Shown here: piece by piece, positions 12,000 through 24,772 of the stretch
Position numbering within the stretch: the first letter of the stretch is position 1
Layout of the letters: the number at the start of each line of letters is the position of its first letter
Assembly: GCF_963921235.1 (NCBI RefSeq)
Contig: NC_086097.1
Span: forward strand, 102,178,001 to 102,242,000
DNA from: Mobula hypostoma
Lineage: Eukaryota
DNA length: 64,000 nt
Direction: 5' to 3'
Made by a program: the position numbers and the translations under genes
The notes under the pieces: generated by a model
Seen by the model: only the letters and a program-made list of their open reading frames with translations
Told to the model about the DNA's origin: nothing
Database searches by the model: none

Positions 12000-13490
12000 G
12001 ACCACCTCTCTGGAGTTGGCATGGGCCTGACAGACTACCTCCGATGCTGCACTGAATATGATGGTGCTGAACTGCTACTATCCACGTGGTGAAGGGTCCC
12101 CTCCACTGCTATCACATGGGGAGAATTTGGATTCTGACCCAGCCCAGCATTAATGAACAAACAGTAATATGCCTTCAAGTGAAGATGTACAACTGCAAGA
12201 GTTGGGGATCCCATAAATCTGCTGTCCTCAATAGAATCCTTGGCTTTGATACTGTCGACGGTCAACAATGCAGCCAGTTTATGAGAAGCTAAGGGACTGC
12301 AATGTGCTTCTCAATTGGTCTGCTATGCTTCAGGAATGTTTTTAGAGCTGCACCCCAAGTGAACCCTTGGCATCAAGGCAGCTTTTGATTGAGTATGTTA
12401 TCTAGAAGTCATGAGAATCACAGGGAAACCCCTCCACTGGTTGGAATCACACCTAGGTTGTGTTTTTTTTAATGAAGTGCAATCGTGAACAGCCAGATCA
12501 GAAATGCTGATCAAGTCAACTAGTTCCCAAAGAGAATCCTGATAGGCCAATCAGATGGTTCACTGCTGCTCACTGATAGAACAGAAAAAAATCATATGTA
12601 CAATTAAGAAACATTAAAAAAATAGTGGAAATACTGGAGTTATGATGATCATGGTGAAGTCTGCTGGAGAGAGACATTTATACACATGCTGTCCTCCGTA
12701 ATTCAAAGAGTGGTTAGAGATTAGTCACCTCAGCCACAGGACATTTCTCCAGAAGTTCCTCAGGGTAGTACACTAGATCCAATCAGTCAGCTACTTCATC
12801 CTTTGACCTCAAGGTCATAAGCGGGGATGTCTGTCAACCATTACCCAATGTTGAGGCAGTTGGTAAAATCCCATCTTCACCAGAACGCTCTGGTGCAGCT
12901 CTAGACTGCCATCACAGCAAGTACCCTCACATCAGGCAGTGCTGTCGAGTCTGGTGCAGCATTCCCTCACAGTATCAGGAAACCACAGCAAGCTCACGGC
13001 AGCAGAAAAGGTTCGTAGCTACAGATAAACATCACTATGTGTCCAGGATAAAGAAGCAGGCAGGAGTGATCACTGCAGATACTACACATCCAGGAAACCA
13101 CATTTTTCTAAAGCTCCCTTCTGACCATCTTAAAAGTGTCTGCACCCAGGCAGTTAATCTGATCAACTATTCTAGCTAGCCACCTACCCCACCCACCTCT
13201 ATTACTTCAATCACTGCACAGCAAACACTTTCTATAATGCTGTTTACATTGCAAACACATGCTAGCATTTATGTATTTTGGCAAATGTATTCCATATTCT
13301 TTATAACTGTTGAACATTGTTGTATTTTGTTACATGTCAGGCCTACACATCACAGCAGCTTTCTAACACATGTAAACGTATATGGCAAATAAATTTAGTG
13401 CTTGATGTTCAGTTCTATTCACGACTCTCCAGATAACAAAGCAGTGAATATCCAGCCTGGGCTAAGAGCTGGCAACTGACACTGCCACCA
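12000..13490 (+). mobile_element. Ancient CR1/L2-group LINE remnants (continue at 14400-15200)
   Basis: Degenerate IKAAFD, LHWLES and VPQGS motifs; its 3' end at 15030-15195 recurs at 48200-48400. Confidence 0.5.
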
Positions 13491-14352
13491 TGCATAGTCA
13501 TACTTTATTGATCCCGGGGGAAATTGGTTTTCGTTACAGTGGCATCATAAATAGTAATAGTAATACTACTATTAGTAAATAGTAATAGTCATGGAAATAA
13601 TAAATAGTAATAGAATAGTAATAGAAAAATAGTAATAAATAGTTAACTAGTAATATGTAAATTATGCCAGTAAATTATGAAATAAGTCCAGGACCAGCCT
13701 ATCGGCTCAGGGTGTCTGACCTTCCAAGGGAGGAGTTGTAAAGTTTGATGGCCACAGGCAGGAATGACTTCTTATGACGCTCTGTGCTGCATCTTGGAGG
13801 AATGAGTCTCTGACTGAATGTACTCCTGTGCCCACCCAGTACGTTATGTAGTGGATGGGAGACATTAACCAAGATGGCATGCAACTTGGACAGCATCCTC
13901 TTTTCAGACACCACCGTGAGAGAGTCCAGTTCCATCCCCACAACATCACTGGCCTTACGAATGAGTTTGTTGATTCTGTTGGTGTCTGCTACCCTTAGCC
14001 TGCTGCCCCAGCGCACAACAGCAAACATGATAGCACTGGCCACCACAGACTCGTAGAACATCCTCAGCATCGTCCGGCAGATGTTAAAGGACCTCAGTCT
14101 CCTCAGGAAATAGAGATGGCTCTGACCCTTCCTGTAGACAGCCTCAGTGTTGTTTGATCAGTCCAGTTTATTGTAAATTCGTATTGCCAGGTAGTTGTAA
14201 TCCTCCACCATGTCCACACTGACCCCCTGGATGGAAACAGGGGTCACCGGTACCTTAGCTCTCCTCAGGTCTACCACCAGCTCCTTACTCTTTTTCACAT
14301 TAAGCTGCAGATAATTCTGCTCACACCATGTGACAAAGTTTCCCACCGTAGG
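13491..14352 (-). mobile_element. Young Rex1/Babar LINE 3' fragment
   Basis: LQLNVKKSKELVVDLRR and FYESVVASAIMFAVV...SFLPVAIKLYN; tail aataaagtatgactatg; probable TSD acactgccacca. Confidence 0.9.
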
Positions 14353-16479
14353 AAGGAAACTTTGTACACACTGCCACCACACAAGTGCCAGTCAATACCC
14401 AGCCTGGGCTAAGAGCTGGCAACTGACACTGCCACCACACAAGTGCCAGTGTCAATGACAAAAAACTCTGATCACCCCGACACTCAATAAACAGCATTAC
14501 TGTCAGTAAGTTCTCCCACGATCGATGCTTCAGTGTTATGCTCAGAACCCCAGTAACTTACTGAGGTAGCCGAATGTACAATGTGACTGCAAGAGCAGCT
14601 CAGAGGCAAGGAATCCTGTGATGAGTATTGCACAGAGTAACCTCCAAAACCTGCAAACCAGTTACAAAGCTCGACAGGAGTGCAATAAAGCATACTCCAC
14701 TTGCCTGAATTAGTGTAGTTTCAACAACATTCAGGAAGCTCAACATCATACAGAACATAGCAGCCCAGTGGTAGTATCACATCCACAACCATCTCTCACT
14801 CCACCACTGATTCACAGTCATAGAAGTTTCTACCATCTACAGGAAACACTGCAGTAACTCATCGAGACACCCAGACAGCACCTTCCAAACCCACAAGCTC
14901 CACCAACTGGAGGTGGCAAAAGTTGGAAACAGCACCTGGAACAGGGGTTCCCAACCTGGGATCCACAGACCTCTTTGTTAATGGGAGGGATTCACGGCAT
15001 CAAAAAGGTAGGGAAGTTTAATCACCATTTTAATCACCATTCCTTCATCGTCACTGGGTCAAGATCCTGAAACGTTCTTTCCCAACAGTACCATAGGTGT
15101 GCCCACACCGTAAAAATGCAGCTGTTCAAAAGGCATCTTGGGACCAGGGATGGACAATTATATGCTGAAGCCCACAGCCTTTGAATAGAAAGAAATTCAA
15201 CCAAGTGAATGCTCATTATTCTACCCCATTCCTCACTTACATTCTGTAGATGGTGTTGGGGTTTTGGAAGTCATGAAGTCAGCAACTCATCCTAGGAAAC
15301 ACAGCTTTTGTAACCACAGAATTTCTGGCACCTTGCAAACTTGCACTTGCACAAAGGTAGCACGTGCATGGGACCAATCTCCTTCAAAGCAAAACTCCAT
15401 TCAGACTGAAAAATGCATTGCTTTTCCTTCATTGTCACTGGATCCAAATCCTGGTATTTCCCTTAGCCAAAAGGGCAGTAATAGCTCAAGATGGTTCACA
15501 ATCACCTTCTCAAGGGGCAGGCAGTAAATCCTGGGTATGTTCAGATCCCTGTGATGGTACTACAGTTGGAAGTCAAGAGAGATCTCCAGTCTCTCTTGTC
15601 GGAAACTGTCAATGTCTGGCACCAGCATTATCAGACAATTATCACTCCATACCCGATGTTGTTCAGATCTTACTTCTACAGGTGAGGACCAAATTCTCAG
15701 TTCACAAATTGCAAACAGGATTAAGCATGGTACAATTACCTCTAAACATCCCCAATTTTGATCTAGTGAAAGAGGGAAATTTATTAATAAAGCAACTTAA
15801 GATAAGTGATTTGGAAATTCTCCTGGTAAGTTCTTGGAACAATGTTCTGGGGCTAGGTAACAGCCACACTAATTTTCATTCACACCATAAAGTCTGGGGC
15901 TGCGATGGTGCACAGTTTCCTCCTACTCCCACCTTTCTTTAGCATCAGTCAAGTGGCCCAGGTAACTAAATGGAGCTAAACTTTTACAGAAAACGATAAA
16001 TGAAGCAGTACATCTGCAAAGACAGAAACAGTCAACAACAGTGACACCAAACTTCTATGTGCCTGTCATTTTAATTTTCCATTCCACTCCCTCTCCGACT
16101 GTTCCAGCAAGCTTGAGGAACAAAGTCTAGACACATTGCAGCCCTTGAGACGCTACGATTTCAGGTAATCAACTGGTGTCAGAACTGAAGAGTTTTTATA
16201 GTTACCTACGTGTAACAGTGACTTAGTTTCTCACTCCGCAGATGCTGCTTGATCTGTTGATTATTTCCAGCAGTTCATGAGTTCTGCATCTCATTGTTCT
16301 AGTGCTGTTATTTTTTCTTCTCCCTCTGCTCTCATCTTTCTATCCTTCACTTACAGTCCTCCAGACAAATTAACTACAATTAACAAGCATTTAACGCTGC
16401 CTTTTGGGTAGCAACAACAGCATTGCTAACGCGTGGACAGTATTAATCCTCAACCTATTACAGATCTATTTCAGGTCAG

Positions 16480-16920
16480 GTCACTCATCTGAGTGCTACT
16501 GGAACCATGTAACCCAGTACTACCTGTCGCATGGTTGGGTGGTCGGCGACTAAACCGGCTCCCCCACTGGGCTTGCCTGGTGAGGAGAGAGACTAGACAT
16601 CCTGCAGGACGAGAAACAAGACCTGTCAAAGGGCAGATGAACCCTCTTGTAGGGTCAACGGCCATCTAGCAAATACGTGCCGTGAAACGTGGAAAGGGCA
16701 TCCCTTGCATAGAAACTTAGTCTGGCCATTCACTGCAACAGAACTTCCCCCAGCCGTCTTCGACCCCACCATGTCGCTGGATCCGGGAGGAGATGTCGAG
16801 AGGGTGGGTCTGGACCTGTGCAACCCCCTACTCACCTAAAATCCACTCTCGCACACGCTGTTCCTTTCTGAGGAGTGGGGTACCACCCCACTAACTGACT
16901 GAAAGGAACCATCATCATCC
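16480..16920 (+). mobile_element. GC-rich non-coding element, probably RTE-derived and non-autonomous
   Basis: CpG-rich block with no ORF, ending in (cat)n. Confidence 0.5.
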
Positions 16921-17985
16921 TATGGGATGGATAGCCAGAGAGAGAGATTACAGACATGCCCCTTGTTCTCTCTAGCCATCCCATTCTCTGATGATATGCC
17001 ATCAAAAACTGACTCTTCTCTCCGTCAGAGCTGCCTGAGCACAGTACCTTCAGTATCCCATTTCGATCTCAGATTTTCAACATCTGCATTTTTCAATGAA
17101 ACTACACAAACTACTGGTGTGTGGTGTTAGATTACCAGAGGATTAATCCAGAGGCTACCACAGTGATTCCCAATGGGGGTGTTAGGAGAAGTAGAAGTTG
17201 TCAGGGGGTGTTCAAGATTGTTGGGCTGGGGGGGTGGGAGCAGTGCCCTAACTTGTGGCACAAGACAAAACCAGACCGACCACTGGAGTGAAAAAAATGG
17301 GATGAGGCACTAGGACCACAGCTCTGCAGCGGTGAACACTCGTCATCACAACCCACCTGAAAATTGGCAACCTCATCCAACCTTACCAACCAGACAGACA
17401 TAATTGTGGATGGATACATTAGCAACCAAGGTGCTCAACAGTTCCCCTTGATTCGCAGCATGGAATGAGTTCATGCAATTTAACAATTGGTGAATCAAGT
17501 ACACCCTCTCAACTTTCTCTACAGACCTACAGAAAACCGGTCGCGCAACAATACAGCGCTGGCCAGAAGCAAACGGTGAAATAAAGCCAATCAGTGAACC
17601 TGCCAAACCTGAGGATTCCTCAAGGTGTTCAAAGTGACCTAGGCTTCATATATGCAGTCAAGAACCATCTCTGGGGACCTTACCACCACACCAACTGGAT
17701 TAGTATAAAACTAGCTTGCCAAACACCAGCTCTATTCTGACTAATTCAGATTCCAATCTGAATCCTTGTCAATGTAATTTTCACTGTTGTGATTGTCTTC
17801 ATCTTCGCCTCACTGTTCATTTGCGTTCCATCTGTTTCAACTCACTGCCATTGTCAACATCTGATAGGCATTCCCAGCTTGGTTCAATTTTTTTTACTTT
17901 AATTTAGCCTCATTAAGGATGGATAAATACGTATGGCACGATCTCTACGAGTCTGAAGCTGGTGAAGCCTTTAATTCTAATCTAA

Positions 17986-20726
17986 ATGTGCAATAATAAC
18001 AGGATTGTTGAGATGGGAGATCTTAATTTCCCCAGCATTGATTGACGTCTCCATAGAGCAAGGGGTTCAGATGGGGTGGAGTTTGTTAGGTGTGTTCAGG
18101 AAGGCTTCCTGACACAATATGTAGATAAACCTGCAGGAGGAAAAGCTGTACTTGATCTGGTATTGGGAAATGAACCTGGTCAGGTGTCAAGTCTCTCAGT
18201 GGGAGAGCATTTTGGAGATAGTGATCACAATTCTATCTCCTTTATCACAGCATTGGAGAGGGATAGGAACAGACAAGTCAGGAAAATTGGAGTAATGGGA
18301 AATATGAAGCTATCAGTCAGGAACTTGGAAGCATAAATTGGGAGCAGACATTCTCAGGGAAACGTACGGCAGAAGTGTGGCCAATGTTCAGGGGATATTT
18401 GTGTGGCATTCTGAGTAGGTACGTTCCAATGAGACAGGGAAAGGATGGTAGGGTACAGGAACCGTGATGTACAAAAGCTTTTGAAAACCTAGACAAGAAA
18501 ACAAGAGCTTACAAAAGGTTCAAAAAACTAGGTAATGATAGAGATCGAGAAGATTATAAGGCTAGCAGGAAGGAGCTTAAGAATGAAATTCGGAGAGCGA
18601 GAAGGGGCCGTGAGAAGGCATTGGCGGGCAGGATTAAGGAAAACCTCAAGGCATTCTACAAGTATGTGAAGAGCAAGAGGATAAAACGTGAGAGAATAGG
18701 ACCAATCAAGTGCGACAGTGGAAAAGAGTGTATGGAACCAGAGGAGACAGCAGAGGTACTTAATAAATACTTTGCTTCAGTATTCACTATGGAAATGGAT
18801 CTTGGCGATTGTAGGGATGACTTTAAGCGGGCTGAAAAGCTTGAGCATGTAGACATTAAGAAAGAGGATGTGCTGGAGCTTTTGGAAAGCATCAAGAGGG
18901 ATAAGCCTCTGGGACCAGGTGAGATGTACCCCAGGCTACTGTGGAAGACAAGGCAGGAGATTGCTGAGCCTCTGGCAATAATCTTTACATCATCAATGGG
19001 ACGGGAGAGGTTCCGGAGGATTGGAGGGTTGCAGATGTTGTTCCTTTGTTCAAGAAAGGGAGTAGAGATAGCCCAGGAAATTATAGACCAGTGAGTGTTA
19101 CCTCTGCCTATCAGTTGATGGAGAAGATCCTGAGAGGCAGGATTTATGAACATTTGGAGAAGTATAATATGATTAGGAATTGTCAGCATGGCTTTGTCAA
19201 AAGCAGGTCATGCCTTACGAGCCTGACTGGATTTTTTTGAGGATGTGAATAAACACATTGACAAAGATAAGGCAGTAGATGTAGTGTATATGGATTTCAG
19301 CAAGGCATTTGATAAGGTACCCCATACAAGGCTTATTGAGAAAGTAAGGAGGCATGGGATCCAAGGGGACCTTGCTTTGTGGATCCAGAATTAGTTTGCC
19401 CACAGAAGGCGAAGAATGGTTGTAGACGAGTCATATTCTGCATGGAGGTCGGTCACCAGTGGTGTGCCTCAGGGATCTGTTCTGGGACCCCTTCTCTTCA
19501 TGATTTTTATAAATGACCTGGATGAGGAAGTGGAGGGGATAGGTTAGTAAATTCACTGATGACACAAAGTTTGGGTATTGTGGATAGAGTGGAGGGCTGT
19601 CAGAGGTTATAGCGGGACATTGATAGGATGCAAATATGGGCTGAGAAGTGGCAGATGAAGTTCAACCCAGATAAGTGTGAGGTGGTTCATTTTGGTAGGT
19701 CAAATATGATGGCAGAATATAGTATTAATGGTATGATTCTTGGCAGTGTGGAGGATCAAAGGGATCTTGGAGTCTAAGTTCATAGGACACTCAAAACTGC
19801 TGCGCAGGTTGACTCTGTGGTTAAGAAGGCATACGGTGCATTGGCCTTCATCAACCGTGAGATTGAGTTCAAGAGCCGAGAGGTAATGTTACAGCTATAT
19901 AGGACCCTGGTCAGACCCCACTTGGAGTACTGTGCTCAGTTCTGGTCAGCTCACTAGAGGAAGGATATGGAAACTATAGAGAGGGTGCAGAGGAGATTTA
20001 CAAGGATGTTGCTTGGATTGGGAAGCATGAGAATAGGTTGAGTGAACTCGGCCTTTTCTCCTTGGAGAGACGGAGAATGAGATGTGACCTGATAGAGGTG
20101 TATAAGATGATGAGAGGCATTGATCGTGTGGATAGTCAGAGGCTTTTTCCTAGGGCTGAAATGGCTAACACTCTGGAGGTCACAGTTTTAAGGTGCTTGG
20201 AGGTAGGTACAGAGGAGAAATCAGGGGTAAGTTTTTTTTACGCAGAGAGTGGTGAGTGCATGGAATGGGCTGCCGGCAATGGTGGTGGAGGCAGATACGA
20301 CAGGGTGCTTTAAGAGACTCCTGGACAGGTACCTGGAGCTTAGAAAACTAGAGGGCTATGGTAACCCTAAATAATAACACAGGACGCATCCGGAATTTTT
20401 CCGGGTAGCAGACAACTTCCTCCCACGCCATTCTGACCTAGTTGGAATTCGTGTACGAGGCAAGTTACAGCAGTGGTTTGCCACTGCCTTCTGCTGGGTG
20501 AGTTTTTCTCCCCCAAGGAGATCACCAGCTCTTAACCCCGCACGGATGGAAAGCGTGCCGGGGGGAGCCGGCTGGGTTTGAACTTCGGAACCTCTGCCCC
20601 GCAGTCCAGCACTGATGCCACTACGCCACCAGCCAGCCCTAGGTAATTTCAAAAGTAAGTACATGTTTGGCATGGTATTGTGGTTCGAAGGGCCTGTATT
20701 GCGCTGTAGATTTTCTATGTTTCTAA
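17986..20726 (+). mobile_element. CR1 LINE, most of ORF2 plus 3' tail, inserted into the hAT
   Basis: LDLVLGN, SDHN, PGNYRPVS, QHGFVKSRSCLT and LERRRMR motifs; tail ...ttttctatgtttcta. Confidence 0.95.
20370..20636 (-). mobile_element. tRNA-derived SINE with RTE-type body, inserted in the CR1 3' UTR
   Basis: A box TGGCGTAGTGG (20628-20618), B box GTTCAAACC (20583-20575), GAAGGCAGTGGCAAACCACT motif, TSD cccta. Confidence 0.85.
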
Positions 20727-21082
20727 GAAACAGAAACTACAGGAAGTGCGCCAATACAATGTTACCTATGATTTTATTCCATTCCAATCATATCCGCAAC
20801 ACCCTATGTGTCTGATTTATAATACTGTACTGTCTAATGAAGCCACGAAACCATCCAGATTGTAGGAACACTTCCGTAAAAGACAGCCTGAAAAGGCTAT
20901 TTATGTTATTACTTAGTTCCAGAAGATGAAAGCAGCATTTAAAAACCATTGTACATTCGAGTCATTTGCCAAGAAAGCTAAAGATGATAGTGGTCTCTTT
21001 GCTTCTTGTAACAGTTCCAAAATGATAGCAAAAGTGAAAGGTTAATAATGCCTGCTTATCAGTAATGTTCACCACTGTTCTC

Positions 21083-22709
21083 TTTTTTCTTTATTAATCT
21101 TTTTATTGATTTAGAGAAAACATATATACAGACAAGGGGAGAACTATCTCAAATACATATCAGCAACAATATAAACAAAAGATGAAATAGATATCATAAT
21201 CATACATAGTAATAAGCAAATATGCAATATATAATTAAAAAGGACAACTAATTCTCCTCTTATCAATTCATAAAGAGAGGGAAAAAAACTTTAAATTTAA
21301 AATGAAAGGGGGAAAAAAAAACCACTGCACTTAAAAAAAAAATGGGGACTGGGCAGTCCATTTGGAGGATACAACCAAGAAAAAAGGAAAGACTTTCTGA
21401 TCGAATCTAAAACTTCAAAAAAAATAAAATAATTGGAAGAGTAATAAATCAAATCAAATGAAAATATAGAATAAAAGGTCGCCATATTTACCCAAATTTA
21501 AAGGATGTATCAAATGTCCGACTTCTTATTTTCTCTAAATTTAAACAGGACGTAATGGAGGAAAGCCAATAAAAGACAGTAGGTAGATTAGAATCCTTCT
21601 ACTTCAGTAAAATGGCTCTCCTAGACAATAAAGTTGAAAAGGCTATCATACATTGAGCGGAAACAGGAATATTTCCTGCTTCCGATGGGATAATCCCAAA
21701 AATTGCCGTAAGTAAATTAGGCTGTAAATCCAGATCCAAGACTTTTGAAAGCATTTTAAAAACATCTCTCCAAAAGTTATCTAGCTTTATACAAGACCAA
21801 AACATATGAGTTAAAATGGCCACCTCAATATTACATCTGTCACAAATAGGATTAATATTGGAAAAAATACGCACTAGTTTATCCTTTGACATATAAGCCC
21901 AATGCACTACCTTGAACTGTATCAAGGAATGACAGGCACAGATAGATGAGTTATCAACCAAATGAAAAATTTTACTCCATTGATTATCTGAAAATGACTC
22001 TTGAAATTCCGATTCCCAAGAACGTTTAATTTTATCATTAGATATCACTCATGAATTCAATAACCGTTTATAGATTATAGCTATCAACCCTTTTCGAAAT
22101 GGTTTAAACTGAAAGGGAGCATCTGTCATATTCGGTGGATAAGCAGAAGGGTAATTTGGTAACAAACCACGTAAAAAATTCCTAATTTGTAAATACCCAA
22201 AAAAGTGTGCATTAGATAAATCATATTTATCCACTAACTGAGAAAAAGACATTAAACAATCCCCTAAAAACAAATCTGAAGTTATTATTCTCTTGGTTTT
22301 CCAAATTAAAAAGGCCTTAACTGATGGTTTAAAAAAATAATTGAGATGGTTATTACTAGAAAGAATAAAATTATTTAACTCAAAAAATCTATGAAACTGA
22401 AACCAAATTCTTAATGTATGTTTAATAATGGGATTAAAATCTTGTCTACTAATTGTAGAAAACAAAAAGGGAAGAGGAGCTCCCAGTAAAGATGCCAAAG
22501 AGAACCCCTTCACCGAGTTTTCCTCCAATTCCAACCATGAAGGACATTCATGTATGTCTGAATAATGAATCCAAAAAGTAATATATCAAATATTAATTGC
22601 CCAGTAATACATTCTAAAATTTGGCAAAGCCATACCACCATCTTTTTTTAATTTCTGCAATAAGGGTTTACTCAATCTACGATTTTTATTGTTCCAAATA
22701 TAAGATAAG
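21083..22709 (-). mobile_element. L1/Tx1-clade LINE, 5'-truncated
   Basis: C-terminal zinc-binding region QFKVVH...CDRC...THMFWSC; A-rich 3' end; 12-bp TSD accactgttctc (21071-21082 and 22710-22721). Confidence 0.9.
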
Positions 22710-22775
22710 ACCACTGTTCTCCATAGCTCTTCATATTGACGAAACGAGTGAAGTCATTGGGCATCAACTATGAAC

Positions 22776-24772
22776 AAGAGAAAATTTTCAGATGCTGGAA
22801 ATACGAGCAAACACACACAAAATGCTGGAGGAACTCAGCAGGCCAGGCAGCATCTATGGAAAAGAGCACAGTCGATGTTTCGGGCCGAGACCCTTACGCA
22901 GGACTGGACAGAAAATGCTGAGTAGATTTAAAAGGTGAGAGAGACAACCTGGAGGGGGAGGGATGAAGTAAAGAGCTGGGCAGTTGATTGGTGAAAGACA
23001 CAGAAGACCATGGAAGAAAGAAAAAGAGGGGAGGAGCACCAGAGGAAGTCGATGGGCGGGCAAACTGATAAGTTGAGAGAGGAAAATGGGATGGGGAATA
23101 GAGAGAGAAAGCGGGTGTGGGGAGGCATTACCGGAAGTTTGAGAAATTAATGTTCATGTCATCAGGTGGCAGCTACCCAAATGGAATACAAGGTGTTGTT
23201 CCTCCAACCTGAGTGTGCCCTCATCACAACAGTGGAGAAGGCCATGGATGGACATATTGGAATGGGAATGGGAAATAGAATTAAAATGGGTGGTTACTGG
23301 GAGATCCCACTTTTTCTGGCGGGTGGAGCGTACATAATCGGTGAAGCAGTCTCTCAGTCTGCATCGGGTCTCACCGATATACAGGAGGCCACACTGGGAC
23401 AACAGAACACAGTAACTGACCACAACAGACTCACAGGTGAAGTGTCACCTCATCTGAAAGGGCTGCTTAGAGCCCTGAACGGTAGTGAGGGAGGTGTAGA
23501 GGCTGATGTAGCACTTGTTCCACTTGCAAGGATAAGTGCCAGGAGGGAGATCAATGGGGAGGGACGAGTGGACAAGGGAGTCACGTAGGGAGCAATCCCT
23601 GCGGAAAACAGAAAGTGCGGAGAGGGAAGATGTGCTTGGTGGTGGGATCCCGTGGAGAGGGTGGAAGCTTCAGAGAATTATTTGCTGGACGCGGAGGCTG
23701 GTGGGGTGGTAGGTGAGGGCAAGAGGAACCCTATCTCTAGTAGGGTGGTAGGAGGATGGGGTGAGGGCATACGTGCATGAAATGGAAGAGATGCAGTTGA
23801 GGGCAGCATTGATGGTACAGGAAGGGAAGACCCTTTATTTGTAAAAGGAGGGCATCTCCTTCATTCTAGAAGAAAAGCCTCATTCTGCGAGCAGGTGTGG
23901 TGGAGACAGAAGAGCTGAGAGAAGGGGATGGTGTTTTTACAAGTAACAGGGTGGGGAGAGGTATAGTCTAGGTAGCTGAGAGAGTCTGTGGATTTATAAT
24001 AGACATCAGTAGATAAGCTGTCTCCAGAGATAGAGACAGTGAGATCAAAAAAGGGCAGGGAGGTGTCAGAAATGGACCAGGTAAATTTGAGGGCAGGGTG
24101 GAAACTAGAGGAAAAGTGGATGACGAGCTCTACATGGTTGCAGGAAGCAGCTTCAATGCAGTCGTCGATGTGGTCGAGGAAAAGTGGGGGATGGACACTA
24201 GTGTAGGCTTGGAACATAGACTGTTCTACATAGCCAACGAACAGGCAGGCATAGCTAGGACCCATGTGAGTGCCCATGGCTAGATCTTTTGTTTGAAGGA
24301 AGTGGGAGGAGCCAAAGGAGAAATTATTTAGAGTGAGGACAAGTTCCACTAGGTGGAGGAGAGAGTTAGTGGAAGGGAACTTGTTAGGTCTGGTTCCAGA
24401 AAGAAACAGAGAGCTTTGAGGCCTTCCTGATGGGGGATGGAGGTGTATAGGGACTGGGCATCCATAGTGAAAATAAGATGATGGAGGCCAGGGAACTTAA
24501 AATCATTGAAAAGATCCAGAGCATGTGAAGTGTCACGGATGTAGGTGGGAAGGGACTGAACCAGGGGGATAAAACAGAGTCGAAGGGGCAGGAACAAGCT
24601 GAAACAATGGGTCTATCTGGACAAGTGGGTTTGTGGATCTTGGGCAGGAGGTAGAAACGGGAGGTATGGGGTGCAGGAACCATGAGGTTGGTGGCGGTGG
24701 ATGGGAGATCTCCAGAATCAATAACGTTGGTGATGGTGTGAGAGACAATGGCCTGGTGTTCTTTAGTGGGGT
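22776..24772 (-). mobile_element. Penelope-like retroelement (RT + GIY-YIG endonuclease + pLTR), degraded
   Basis: FYLLPKIHK, FTMDAQSLYTSIPHQEG and AMGTHMGPSYACLF; GIY-YIG CGLLYIGET.CRL; 3' pLTR with a hammerhead motif. Confidence 0.95.
22869..22906 (-). ncRNA. Decayed minimal type I hammerhead ribozyme in the Penelope pLTR
   Basis: CAGUC-CUGcguA-AGGGUCUCGGCCC-GAAAC-AUC-GACUG: stem I CAGUC/GACUG, stem II and GAAA are intact; the CUGANGA box is mutated. Confidence 0.7.

Noticed and set aside
15364..15942. 192-aa ORF as a host gene
   Set aside because: No recognisable domain; overlaps the antisense strand of an old LINE remnant.
20575..20636. tRNA gene
   Set aside because: The A/B boxes belong to a SINE head with a TSD; no cloverleaf 3' end or terminator.
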